In this document: positions 46,170-55,318 of the stretch, piece by piece
How positions within the stretch are numbered: the first letter of the stretch is position 1
How the letters are laid out: every line of letters starts with the position of its first letter
The notes under the pieces: generated by a model
What the model was told of the DNA's origin: nothing
Database searches by the model: none
Seen by the model: the letters and a program-made list of their open reading frames with translations, nothing else
Program-made: the position numbers and the translations under genes
Source of the DNA: Lachnospiraceae bacterium
GTDB lineage: Bacteria; Bacillota; Clostridia; Lachnospirales; Lachnospiraceae
Assembly: GCA_021769135.1 (NCBI GenBank)
Contig: JAETTM010000001.1
Location: 12,366-76,365, forward strand
DNA length: 64,000 nt
Reading direction: 5' to 3'

Positions 46170-48800
46170 CTATGGGAATGCATCCTCTGTGGCCGCAAAC
46201 CGATATATCTTTTCTCCGCATGTTCCATCATTATTTTCCACAATCGTCCTGTATGCCTCTCTTTGAAGTTCTTGACTAAAAAGTTTCCCTGGCGTTTTCC
46301 CGCTTAGAAAATCGGACAATGAATGAAATGCATCCTCATTGCAGCTGTACGTCATCCACTGAGAGGTCTTATCAAAACCCGCCGCATGCTCTTCCAGTTC
46401 TTTTTTATCAAATTCTATAGGAATTTCCCTATATCCTCCGTTTTCCAAATCAACATCATATAGTTTTCTGGCTTGGACATCATAATATCGGTAGCTCCAC
46501 TCCCCCAGCACATCCGTCTTTCGTACAAAAATTCCTACCGACCAAAACGGGAAATATCCGTTTTTTTCTTCATAAGACACTTCAAAGGGCGGTTTCCATT
46601 CCTCGCATTTCCCTGTGTCTCTATTCAGCATCAGAAACATATTTCCCAAGCTAGGGGATAATATCAAATTATTTTTATATGGTATCGCCATACTAAAAAG
46701 AGAGCTTTCCTTATTTTCTCCACAATATCCGGCAGCCCCATCCCGCATATGGATTGTTTCCGGTAATTCGGAATATTCTCTCGCCTCTCCCGTCTCTGGA
46801 TCCCAGCGTGTAACCATCCGACCCACATAAGGGAGAAACCATATCTCCTTATCCACTGCAATCATTGTCGCACATCCGCAGGAATTTCCAGGTTTTATCG
46901 TAAATACCTGGGTTTCCAGGCTCTCGCTGTGAATGGCCAGCACCTTGCTGTCCACAGGGGAAGCCAGCATCAGGTATTGATTCCATGTACAGCTCCCCCC
47001 TACTCTGTGTTCCCCGTCTATTTCCCTGATAAATATTTCATTTGAACCCATAACGTAGGATACTTTATCATTTCGGGTATCCAGACGCACAATATAGGGA
47101 TATCTATTTGGAACAAGAAAAAGATACTCACCAATTCTCCAGGCTAGATTAAATGCGCCAGGCACTTCTAAGAATCGTTCCAATTCAATCCTCTTAATAA
47201 TTTTCCTGTCCTCTATCACCAAAATATCCTGTGCATTCGCTGGACATATATATACCTTTCCATTTATCTCAATTGCGCTGGAATAATATTCACCCCCAGC
47301 ATACTCCGACAAATCACAGTAGTATTCATATCTATAATCATTATCTGGCGAATAATAAAGCTTATTCCCCTGGGTAATTTTCCATTCGTCATATCCATCC
47401 CGTCTAAACCCGGTTATGATTTCCCCACGCCAATCCTCTTCCGACGGCTCTTCGGAAATGTTGTTATTCAAAATAAACATAGGCTTTCCCGCAATGCCAA
47501 ACAGGGCGGTTACGGATGTTCCCGCATCGCCAATATAAACATCGCTTAAAGCGATTGTGTCTTCAATATTCGGCGTATCGTCAAAAATCCCCCAGTCCTC
47601 CCGAATAAATTGCTGCTTCAACGAGTCATACATAGGCCGATACTCTGCTCTCATGGAATCCAAAGTAGATTCCATCAACGGATGAGGCCGCCATAATAAA
47701 CAGACATCCTCCCTTCCCCTGAAACAGCGGAACACATATTCCATTTTCTTCAGGAATTTCTCCGTATTTCCCAGTATTCCACCCAAACTTGTATTGTAAA
47801 AGTACACCTTTTTGCCTTCCATTTTCTTTTTCCAGCTCTCTGGCGCCTCCGGTGGGTTTTGGCACTTTTTCAGTACACTATCAGATTTAGGCGAACCTAA
47901 TGCCTGAAATTTTTTATCGGGAATGATGGGGTCAAAAAATTTCCTGAATTTTTCCGATTGGATGATAATATAGTCCGCATGAACATATGCTGAACATAGC
48001 GACTGCCCTTCGCTCATTCCGCCGGTTGTTATATAATAAGGTATATATACTAAACAGTCTGTAAACTTTTTTATATTGCTGGAATAAAAGAAGGGGTGAA
48101 TGCTTGTCACCGCATTAGCCATGTCATACGGATTGTGTATAAATATCATATCCGGATGATGTCCTTTAAAATCAAACTCATCATATTTTGTAATAGGCAC
48201 ATACTCCGGATACTGTTCGCCCTCATAATGCATCTCCCCCAAGCTTCCATCCGGCTTTTTATCAAAATATGGAATCGGTATTACATAAGCATCGCAATCA
48301 GAGTCCGCTTTCGCTGCCTCCCAGACGCTCTCCAAAGAATCCCACATGGATGCCTTGTAGGGAAGAAAAACAGCTTCTTTCCTTATTTTGATATCATTGC
48401 GTACGCTGTTCCTTATCTGTTTCAATGATTCGTTCAGATGATTCCATGTAGTACCTGGATTTGCATTATGCCCCTGTTCACCGCCGATAATTGTGCCCTT
48501 CTCACCCTGTCCTTTTTCACTGACCGTTCCATCTCCAGTATACCGGCTCATTCCAGCAACTTCTTCATAAATTCCATAAACCAGTTCGCAATAGTTTTCC
48601 AGCAGATGGATTGTTGGAAAGTCTTCCCCTTCTGCCTTCTCTATCATCTCCCCCAGTTTCATTGCCCCATCCTGACATTGCCCCAACAGGTCTAGTGCCG
48701 TATTCTTTTCATTTGCCCTGATAGCCGCCTTTATTTCGTTATGAGCCTGTCCAAGCAGATTTAGGAATTCCTCCGCCTGATTTTTCTGCATTCTCCTCAC
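46170..48800 (-). CDS. CDP-alcohol (TagB/TagF-family) glycerophosphotransferase-like enzyme with an N-terminal helical domain and a ~400-aa C-terminal repeat/propeller-like domain
   Basis: 876 aa. AVFLPYKASMWDSLESVW..IHNPYD..LVYIPY..LLWRPHP..DVYIGDAGTSVTALFGIAGKP. The C-terminal half has no recognised motif. Confidence 0.8.
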   Translation of the reverse strand: MRRMQKNQAEEFLNLLGQAHNEIKAAIRANEKNTALDLLGQCQDGAMKLGEMIEKAEGEDFPTIHLLENYCELVYGIYEEVAGMSRYTGDGTVSEKGQGEKGTIIGGEQGHNANPGTTWNHLNESLKQIRNSVRNDIKIRKEAVFLPYKASMWDSLESVWEAAKADSDCDAYVIPIPYFDKKPDGSLGEMHYEGEQYPEYVPITKYDEFDFKGHHPDMIFIHNPYDMANAVTSIHPFFYSSNIKKFTDCLVYIPYYITTGGMSEGQSLCSAYVHADYIIIQSEKFRKFFDPIIPDKKFQALGSPKSDSVLKKCQNPPEAPESWKKKMEGKKVYFYNTSLGGILGNTEKFLKKMEYVFRCFRGREDVCLLWRPHPLMESTLDSMRAEYRPMYDSLKQQFIREDWGIFDDTPNIEDTIALSDVYIGDAGTSVTALFGIAGKPMFILNNNISEEPSEEDWRGEIITGFRRDGYDEWKITQGNKLYYSPDNDYRYEYYCDLSEYAGGEYYSSAIEINGKVYICPANAQDILVIEDRKIIKRIELERFLEVPGAFNLAWRIGEYLFLVPNRYPYIVRLDTRNDKVSYVMGSNEIFIREIDGEHRVGGSCTWNQYLMLASPVDSKVLAIHSESLETQVFTIKPGNSCGCATMIAVDKEIWFLPYVGRMVTRWDPETGEAREYSELPETIHMRDGAAGYCGENKESSLFSMAIPYKNNLILSPSLGNMFLMLNRDTGKCEEWKPPFEVSYEEKNGYFPFWSVGIFVRKTDVLGEWSYRYYDVQARKLYDVDLENGGYREIPIEFDKKELEEHAAGFDKTSQWMTYSCNEDAFHSLSDFLSGKTPGKLFSQELQREAYRTIVENNDGTCGEKIYRFAATEDAFP

Positions 48801-49146
48801 AATCCGATGTCCTCTTTACTTACTCTTTGTGCTTTGCAAAATCCTACCTCGCGCTTTGCTGATTTCTTTTTTACGCTTTTCTAATTCCACAAGCAGCAAG
48901 ATAAACAACTTCATTTACAAAAACTGCCGGATAACTTTGTCCATATACGAAAAAAATAAGAATAAAAATCGACCATATAAAAAATATAATAATCAACTTT
49001 TACTCTTATGTTTATCATCCATGATAGCTACCTGACCTTCCTTGTCATCCTATACCTATGATATATTTATCGGCATTTATTTTTATTTCTTTAGTTCCCA
49101 TTTCTTCATACGCTTTTACACCCATTTTTTCATTCACCGCCCATAG

Positions 49147-50126
49147 CTAAACCACAGCCTCCACAATCATTTTATCTCCCAGCGTTATTGTTTTTACCCC
49201 CACTTCCTTCTTCCTGTTAAAATTAAAGCTCACCATATACCCTTTATCCAGACGGTAGTAATCCAGATACTCCGCCAGCTGTTCTTTTCCCCGCTCATTA
49301 TACTCATTCCCATGCCAGATTTTCAATTCTATGACAAACTGCTCACCCCGGTAGTCCACCACCACATCGGTGCGCCTGGCATCCCTTGTTTCCGCTTCCA
49401 GATAATAGTTCCCAGTGCCGTTTATAATCGGCTTCAAATACAGCAGGAAAAATTTCCTCCCGTATTTCTCCAAAAACTTTTCATCATTATCCCCATAGAT
49501 ATCCGTAAAGTGCACCACAAACTTCTCTAGCACCAAATCCATATCCAGCCTGCCCTGGTGGATGAATTGGTTTTTGTCATCCTGGCCATATAAATATATT
49601 TCACTTTTGATTGAGTCTTCTGCAATAAATAAATTCAGCAAATACATCTCAAAAATACGGTTTGCTATTGTAATACGTCCATTATCATCCTTAAAGTAAC
49701 CGAACATCAATCCTAAATTAAGCGATTTCTCGGCCGGGCTGAATAAAATTTTTCTCCCCCGATACAAAAGCTGTTCTATCAACTCTTTCAAATCCTTAAA
49801 CGTATCCAACTGCTTCACCATGCTGTCAAACAAAGGAGTATTCTCATTCAGCAGGATTTTTACAGCCTCCTGAATGCCCTCTTTGGTCCAGACGGAAGCC
49901 ATATTCTCAAATCCGGCCAGTTCCGGGATTTCTTCATCCAGAAACTTGCAAATAGCGGAAACGAGGTAGGGATAACCCGATGTATAGCCATAAATCCCTT
50001 CCGCCATATCTTCCACATTCATCCCGGTATGGTTATCCTGCTCATATTCCTCCAGCATGGCTGCAATTTGACCATATAGTGCTTATTCGGTTCGCATTGC
50101 CCCTCCGTATTGAAATACCGCTGCAT
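49147..50126 (-). pseudogene. AAA-ATPase/PD-(D/E)XK gene (family of 60519-62123) with a large internal deletion and a frameshift
   Basis: GGAGGAT SD plus ATG at 50126 gives MQRYFNTEGQCEPNKHYMVKLQ (compare MAKTFNITADCKPEIHYMVNIE). After 17 nt out of frame it joins MLEEYEQDNHTGMNVEDMAEGIYGYTSGYPYLVS, which matches residue ~240 onward of the intact paralog. The ATPase core is missing. Confidence 0.65.
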
Positions 50127-50142
50127 TTTTATCCTCCTGATA

Positions 50143-51267
50143 TCACCCCATCAAATGCCCCATAAACGCTTCTTTATTTTCCACCGGCGTAGTGGACGGC
50201 CTGCCCAAATCTTCCCTCGCCCCGATGGCTGCCTTCACTTCTATAAATGCCAGCCCGTCCGTTTCCTTCACCAGCTTCAGGGCCTCGTCCAATTCTTCAA
50301 AATTTTCCGCGCTGAAAACCCTCCGATAGCCGCAACCCTCTGCCACTTTCGTTAGCCTTAGTCCACCCGCTCCCGCTGCAGTGGGCATTCCGCCTACCGA
50401 TTCATGGGCGCCATTATTAATGACTATATGCACCAAGTTATCAGGCGCTGTCTGGCCAATAACCGCCATAGCCCCCATATGCATCAGCGCCGCCCCATCC
50501 CCATCAATACACCAGATTTTTCTGTCCGGCCGGTGCAGCGCAATGCCCAATGCGATGGAAGAAGCATGGCCCATGGAGCCTACGGTCAGGAAATCATATT
50601 GATGCCCCTGCCCATTGGCTTCACGGATTTCAAACAATTCCCGGCTGGCCTTGCCTGTGGTGGAAACTACCGGATCTTCCCCAGAATACCGGGCAATATA
50701 GCCTATAACTTCTTCCCTGCTCATCCCATATTTATTCCTGTAAACTACCTTTTTCTCATACTTCAATGCCCCTTTGCGGATGACAAAGGCCACATTTTTC
50801 CCTTCTGCCAGCAGCTTACGGTATTCCTTCATTTTATCTTTTACTTCCTCTTCCGCCGTATCATTGCCAACTACAAAGAAGTTTATCCCCATATCTTCCA
50901 ACAGCTTCAGCGTTATCTCCCCTTGATAAATATGCTGCGGCTCGTCATGAACGCCGGGCTCTCCACGCCACCCAATCAGGAAAATGCAGGGAATCCCATA
51001 AACTTTCTCATGCAAAAGGGAAGCTGCCGGATTAATGATATTTCCTTCCCCGCTATTCTGCATATATACCACCGGCACTTTGCCGGTAGCCAGATGGTAT
51101 CCTGCTGCCAATGCGGCACAATTCCCTTCATTTGCCCCGATTACGTGATGCTTCGGGTCAGTTCCGTATACATCTATCATATAATCGCACAGAGCCCTTA
51201 GCTGGGAATCCGGAACTCCTGTATAAAAATCTGCACCTATAATTTCCACTAATTTTTTAACGTCCAT
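50143..51267 (-). CDS. Phosphonopyruvate decarboxylase-like ThDP enzyme
   Basis: 374 aa. GADFYTGVPDSQLRALCDY..NEGNCAALAAGYHLATGK..YMQNSGEGN..GWRGEPGVHDEPQH..IDGDGAALMHMG(24 aa)NNGAHES ThDP motif. Sulfopyruvate decarboxylase cannot be excluded by eye. Confidence 0.75.
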   Translation of the reverse strand: MDVKKLVEIIGADFYTGVPDSQLRALCDYMIDVYGTDPKHHVIGANEGNCAALAAGYHLATGKVPVVYMQNSGEGNIINPAASLLHEKVYGIPCIFLIGWRGEPGVHDEPQHIYQGEITLKLLEDMGINFFVVGNDTAEEEVKDKMKEYRKLLAEGKNVAFVIRKGALKYEKKVVYRNKYGMSREEVIGYIARYSGEDPVVSTTGKASRELFEIREANGQGHQYDFLTVGSMGHASSIALGIALHRPDRKIWCIDGDGAALMHMGAMAVIGQTAPDNLVHIVINNGAHESVGGMPTAAGAGGLRLTKVAEGCGYRRVFSAENFEELDEALKLVKETDGLAFIEVKAAIGAREDLGRPSTTPVENKEAFMGHLMG

Positions 51268-51308
51268 TTTTATAACTATGCTCCTTTTCTGTCCTTACCA
51301 TTCTGCCA

Positions 51309-53021
51309 TTATATTCTTCCATATACCACTTTGCAAGTCTTCTTGTAACAGGCAATGCCATATTTATGAACCGTTCGCATTCCTTCCCGACTAAGAGCCG
51401 CCGCATACCCATTCTTTTCGATTTGAACCATAGCCTCCTGGCATGCTGCATCAAAAGCCCCATTTTCCGCATATTTCACTTCAATAATACATCCTATTTT
51501 CTCAGACGGAACTATAATCTTAATATCCGTATAGCCGACTCCTGACTCCACATTAGATTCTGCTATCCAACTCCCTTCTGCCTTCAGCAATCCAAGGAGC
51601 ATCCCATGGTAAAAGTTTTCCTTCATTTCCTTCTTTACATAAGTATCTCGGATGCTGATAGATTCAACCAAAAATTCATTAAAAACAGTCTGAACCAATT
51701 TGGCATTCCCATCTTTGATAGCTGTACAAAACTTTTTCCAGTTTGCTGTATTGCCAGTTACCTTTGTCCTAAACCAGGAACTGATTTTCTTTTTGTAAAT
51801 TCCCAAAACTTCTTTATTAGGAATCGCTAACTTATGACAGCCTCCTTCCACTTGCCCAATATCCGTCAAATACCCTGTAGCAAAAAGAACGCTCCAAAGA
51901 TATGTCTGACGTATATCTCCATCCTCACTGTCTAAATCCGTGTAAGTTAACTCAGGAATCAATGTTTTTTCCACACAGCCTCCCGAAATCAGTTCTTCTA
52001 TTTCCATCTTTGTTGCTTCTGTAGCCTTTTCAATGAGGTCCTGAACAATTGCATTACTGCTGCTGTTCTCCCAGTGCGGCTCCATATCCGCATCCTTCTT
52101 CGCCCTCAATTTATCACACTGATTCAACACATCCCAAGGGCAATATACATCAACAAAACCGAAATGATATCCATCATACCATTCTTTAAAATCAGGGTAA
52201 CGCTCTTCTACCCCGTAATATTCCAGCATCTCTTTTACTTCCCTATCTGTAAAGCCAAAATACTCTGCGCAGTCTATGTCCGAGATTGTCCGCACCTTAA
52301 AGTTATTAAGCCCTGTGAAAACGCTCTCTTTGGCAACCCTTAGGCATCCTGTAATGACTGCAAATTCCAAATTCCCATTGGACTTCAATGCTTCACTGAA
52401 CAAAGCCCTTATATGGTCCACCATTTCCTGATAATAATTCTGCTGATACGCTTTATCCAATGGAACATCATACTCATCTATCAATATAATTGCCTTCTTT
52501 CCATAATGCTTATAAAGCATCTCAGAAAGCAAATCCAGGCTTCCCTCCTGCACATCTTCTTCTAAATATGGCACATACAATGTCCTTAACACGTCTTTGT
52601 CCACATCTGTCAGCCTTGTGCTTTCCAAAAGATATTGGTGTCTGCGCACTTCCTTTTTGATAACTTTTGACATTTTCTTCAGGGCTGAATCATATGATGA
52701 ACCGTTCACATCTTTTAGGTTGAGGAAAATAACCGGATATTTCCCCATATATTCGCCACATAGTTCTGTTTCATTGGATATTTCCAGCCCTTGAAACAGA
52801 GAAGCGTCTGTTCCTATTTCAAAAAAAGTTTTCAGCATATCCATGTTCAGGCTTTTCCCAAAACGGCGGGGACGCGTAAACAGATTCACACTTCCCCATG
52901 TATGGAGCAAGTCTCTAATAAAGCCCGTCTTATCCACATAGTAAAATCCTTTCGTCCTAATGTCGTGAAAAAATTCTATTCCTATTGGCAGTTTCATTTC
53001 CTTTCTTGCCATCCCGCCCAT
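51309..53021 (-). CDS. AAA-ATPase-like / PDDEXK_9-type nuclease fusion protein
   Basis: 570 aa. LPIGIEFFHDIRTKGFYYVDKTGFIRDLL..TRPRRFGKSLNMDML..ILIDEYD..C-terminal GYTDIKIIVP..IIEVKY. Confidence 0.85.
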   Translation of the reverse strand: MGGMARKEMKLPIGIEFFHDIRTKGFYYVDKTGFIRDLLHTWGSVNLFTRPRRFGKSLNMDMLKTFFEIGTDASLFQGLEISNETELCGEYMGKYPVIFLNLKDVNGSSYDSALKKMSKVIKKEVRRHQYLLESTRLTDVDKDVLRTLYVPYLEEDVQEGSLDLLSEMLYKHYGKKAIILIDEYDVPLDKAYQQNYYQEMVDHIRALFSEALKSNGNLEFAVITGCLRVAKESVFTGLNNFKVRTISDIDCAEYFGFTDREVKEMLEYYGVEERYPDFKEWYDGYHFGFVDVYCPWDVLNQCDKLRAKKDADMEPHWENSSSNAIVQDLIEKATEATKMEIEELISGGCVEKTLIPELTYTDLDSEDGDIRQTYLWSVLFATGYLTDIGQVEGGCHKLAIPNKEVLGIYKKKISSWFRTKVTGNTANWKKFCTAIKDGNAKLVQTVFNEFLVESISIRDTYVKKEMKENFYHGMLLGLLKAEGSWIAESNVESGVGYTDIKIIVPSEKIGCIIEVKYAENGAFDAACQEAMVQIEKNGYAAALSREGMRTVHKYGIACYKKTCKVVYGRI

Positions 53022-53092
53022 ATTTTGTTCTCCCTTCCGGATTTACCATTATCAGGCTGATATATCAGAAGTTAATGATTCGATGTATTAGT

Positions 53093-53121
53093 TATTCTAC
53101 CATACCCCATTTTTCATTACA
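53093..53121 (-). promoter_or_regulatory. SigA-type promoter (TTGTAA-17-TGgTAGAAT)
   Basis: Minus strand CTTGTAATGAAAAATGGGGTATGGTAGAATA, 72-100 nt upstream of the ATG at 53021. Near-identical copies lie at 56062-56090 and 62220-62248. Confidence 0.5.
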
Positions 53122-53185
53122 AGATTTGCTGTTGTATTTCTGAAGCTTACTGGATATAATGGAATCAGGAGCGGAGGTAAGTATT

Positions 53186-53719
53186 ATGGACGTATTAAGC
53201 AAAGACAATGTTTATACAATAGACGATATTTATGCCCTGCCCGATGGAGAGCGGGCCGAGTTGATTGATGGAAAAATTTATTATATGGCTCCGCCAAATA
53301 CGCTGCATCAAAGATTAGTACATTTTTTTGACAGAGAAATCGGAAATTATATTCAAAAAAATAATGGTGAATGTGAAATTTTCCCAGCTCCGTTTGCAGT
53401 ATTTTTGAGCAAAAATGATAAAAACTATGTTGAACCTGATATATCCGTCATTTGTGATAAGAATAAGATTACGGATAAGGGCTGTATTGGTGCGCCAGAT
53501 TTGATTATTGAAATCGTTTCGCCAGGCAGTGTACAGATGGACTATTTTACAAAACTCTTTAAATATCGTACAGCAAAAGTCAGGGAATATTGGATAGTCG
53601 ATGCTGCAAAGGAAATAACAACAGTATATAGATTTGAAAAAGAGATAATGGAACAGTACTCTTTCAGTGAAGATGTGCCGGTTGGGATATATGAAGGGTT
53701 TTCCATACGGATACATTAA
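53186..53719 (+). CDS. Uma2-family (DUF820) endonuclease
   Basis: GGAGG SD before MDVLSKD. YTIDDIYALPDGERAELIDGKIYYMAPP..EPDISVIC..APDLIIEIVSP..KVREYWIVD. Confidence 0.85.
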   Translation: MDVLSKDNVYTIDDIYALPDGERAELIDGKIYYMAPPNTLHQRLVHFFDREIGNYIQKNNGECEIFPAPFAVFLSKNDKNYVEPDISVICDKNKITDKGCIGAPDLIIEIVSPGSVQMDYFTKLFKYRTAKVREYWIVDAAKEITTVYRFEKEIMEQYSFSEDVPVGIYEGFSIRIH

Positions 53720-53786
53720 GCCGCTTAACAATCAATAGCTTACAAATTTTCGTTCCGGAGACTTTGAAAGGAGCATAACTATAAAT

Positions 53787-54665
53787 ATGAGAATCCAATA
53801 CTTAAACGGCGGCCTCGCCAATCAGGTTTTCCAATATATTTTTGTACGTTTCGCCCAGCTCTATGCTCCGGATAGCGGCCCATGGTTTCTCGACGATTCT
53901 TTTTTCTTTGTCAACCAGGTGCACAACGGGTATGAGTTGGAAAAAGTGTTCGGTCTTCAGCCTAATCTACTGAGCCAATATTTTGATGCTGACGTTTGGC
54001 GGGAGTTTATCCGCAATAAGCAAAACGGAATCAGCATCGCCCAGTCCTTTACCAATCTGGGCTTTTCCATTGAAATGATTGCGGAAACGTCCAATTACAC
54101 AACCCATAACCCCTTCAATGGCAAGGTTTATTCCATTCCTTCCAATGAATTTCATCCTGAAATTATACGCTTTCCGGGAGAGGCCATTTACTATCACGGC
54201 TACTGGATTCACCCCAAATGGTTCCGCACTTATCAGGATATCTTCCGGAAAGAACTGGCTTTCCCCCCGATTAGCGATGAAAAAAACCAGGAATATGCCC
54301 GGCAGATACTTTCCTCTAAATCCATTGGCGTACATATCCGAAGGGGGGATTATGTGACTATCGGATGGGCTCTTTCCCATACATATTATCTGGATTCCGC
54401 GAAGAAACTATTGGCAGAGCATCCCGATGCCGTTTTCTTTGTGTTTTCCGATGATTTGAATTGGTGCCGCAGCAATGCAGCTTCCCTGGGCCTTGATTTG
54501 CCTTCCCATACTGTTTATGTGGAAGGAAATACCAATGGCTCCAACTTCCGGGATTTACAGCTTATGAGCATGTGCCATGGGCTGCTGATGTCCAACAGCG
54601 CGTTTTGTTATCTGGCGGCACTGTTGAATGAGGGGATGGAAATTTGCGTGGAACCGCCGCATTAG
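53787..54665 (+). CDS. GT11 alpha-1,2-fucosyltransferase
   Basis: 292 aa. GGLANQVFQYIF..IGVHIRRGDY..FFVFSDDLNWC..SNSAFCYLAA. Confidence 0.88.
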   Translation: MRIQYLNGGLANQVFQYIFVRFAQLYAPDSGPWFLDDSFFFVNQVHNGYELEKVFGLQPNLLSQYFDADVWREFIRNKQNGISIAQSFTNLGFSIEMIAETSNYTTHNPFNGKVYSIPSNEFHPEIIRFPGEAIYYHGYWIHPKWFRTYQDIFRKELAFPPISDEKNQEYARQILSSKSIGVHIRRGDYVTIGWALSHTYYLDSAKKLLAEHPDAVFFVFSDDLNWCRSNAASLGLDLPSHTVYVEGNTNGSNFRDLQLMSMCHGLLMSNSAFCYLAALLNEGMEICVEPPH

Positions 54666-54737
54666 GCTATACAATTCTTTTTCCTCCACATGACAGAAAA
54701 ATACGTTTTACGGAATTTTCCATACCCTCTACTTGAT

Positions 54738-55298
54738 TTAAATATTCAGCAAATCTGCAATTATCGAGAAATTGACGTACAAATCATCATAGATACCGGC
54801 CTTGACAGACTCAGAAAAAGTATAATCCTTGATATCCTCTGATTGAAAATCATATACAATGATACCTTTTTTATCAGGGTCTACTATCCAATATTCACGA
54901 ACACCTGCAGCGCGATATTTGAACAACTTTGTGAAATAGTCCATCCGTCTGCTACTGGTTGATACGATTTCAATAATCCAGTCTGGCGCACCAAAACATC
55001 CTTTATCGGTAAGTTTATTGGGGTCACATATGACAGAAATATCCGGTTCAACATAATTTGCATCATCTTTATCCAAAAATACTGCAAATGGAGCCATATC
55101 CACTTCACAAGGGCCATTATGGGTGTTGATATATTCGCGGATGGCGGCAAATATTTCGCCTATAATTCGCTGGTGTTTTCTGGTCGGGGGCGCCATATAA
55201 TAAATCTGGCCGTCAACCAGTTCTGCCCTGCGGCCTTCTGGAAGGCCGTAGATATCATCAATCGTATAGAGCTTCTCTTGCGCAAGTACTGGCGGCAT
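54738..55298 (-). CDS. Uma2-family (DUF820) endonuclease, diverged paralog of 53186-53719
   Basis: Start at MPPVLAQEKLYTIDDIYGLPEGRRAELVDGQIYYMAPP..EPDISVICD..APDWIIEIVS..GVREYWIVDP. Confidence 0.85.
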   Translation of the reverse strand: MPPVLAQEKLYTIDDIYGLPEGRRAELVDGQIYYMAPPTRKHQRIIGEIFAAIREYINTHNGPCEVDMAPFAVFLDKDDANYVEPDISVICDPNKLTDKGCFGAPDWIIEIVSTSSRRMDYFTKLFKYRAAGVREYWIVDPDKKGIIVYDFQSEDIKDYTFSESVKAGIYDDLYVNFSIIADLLNI

Positions 55299-55318
55299 TG
55301 TAACACTTCCTTTCTTGG

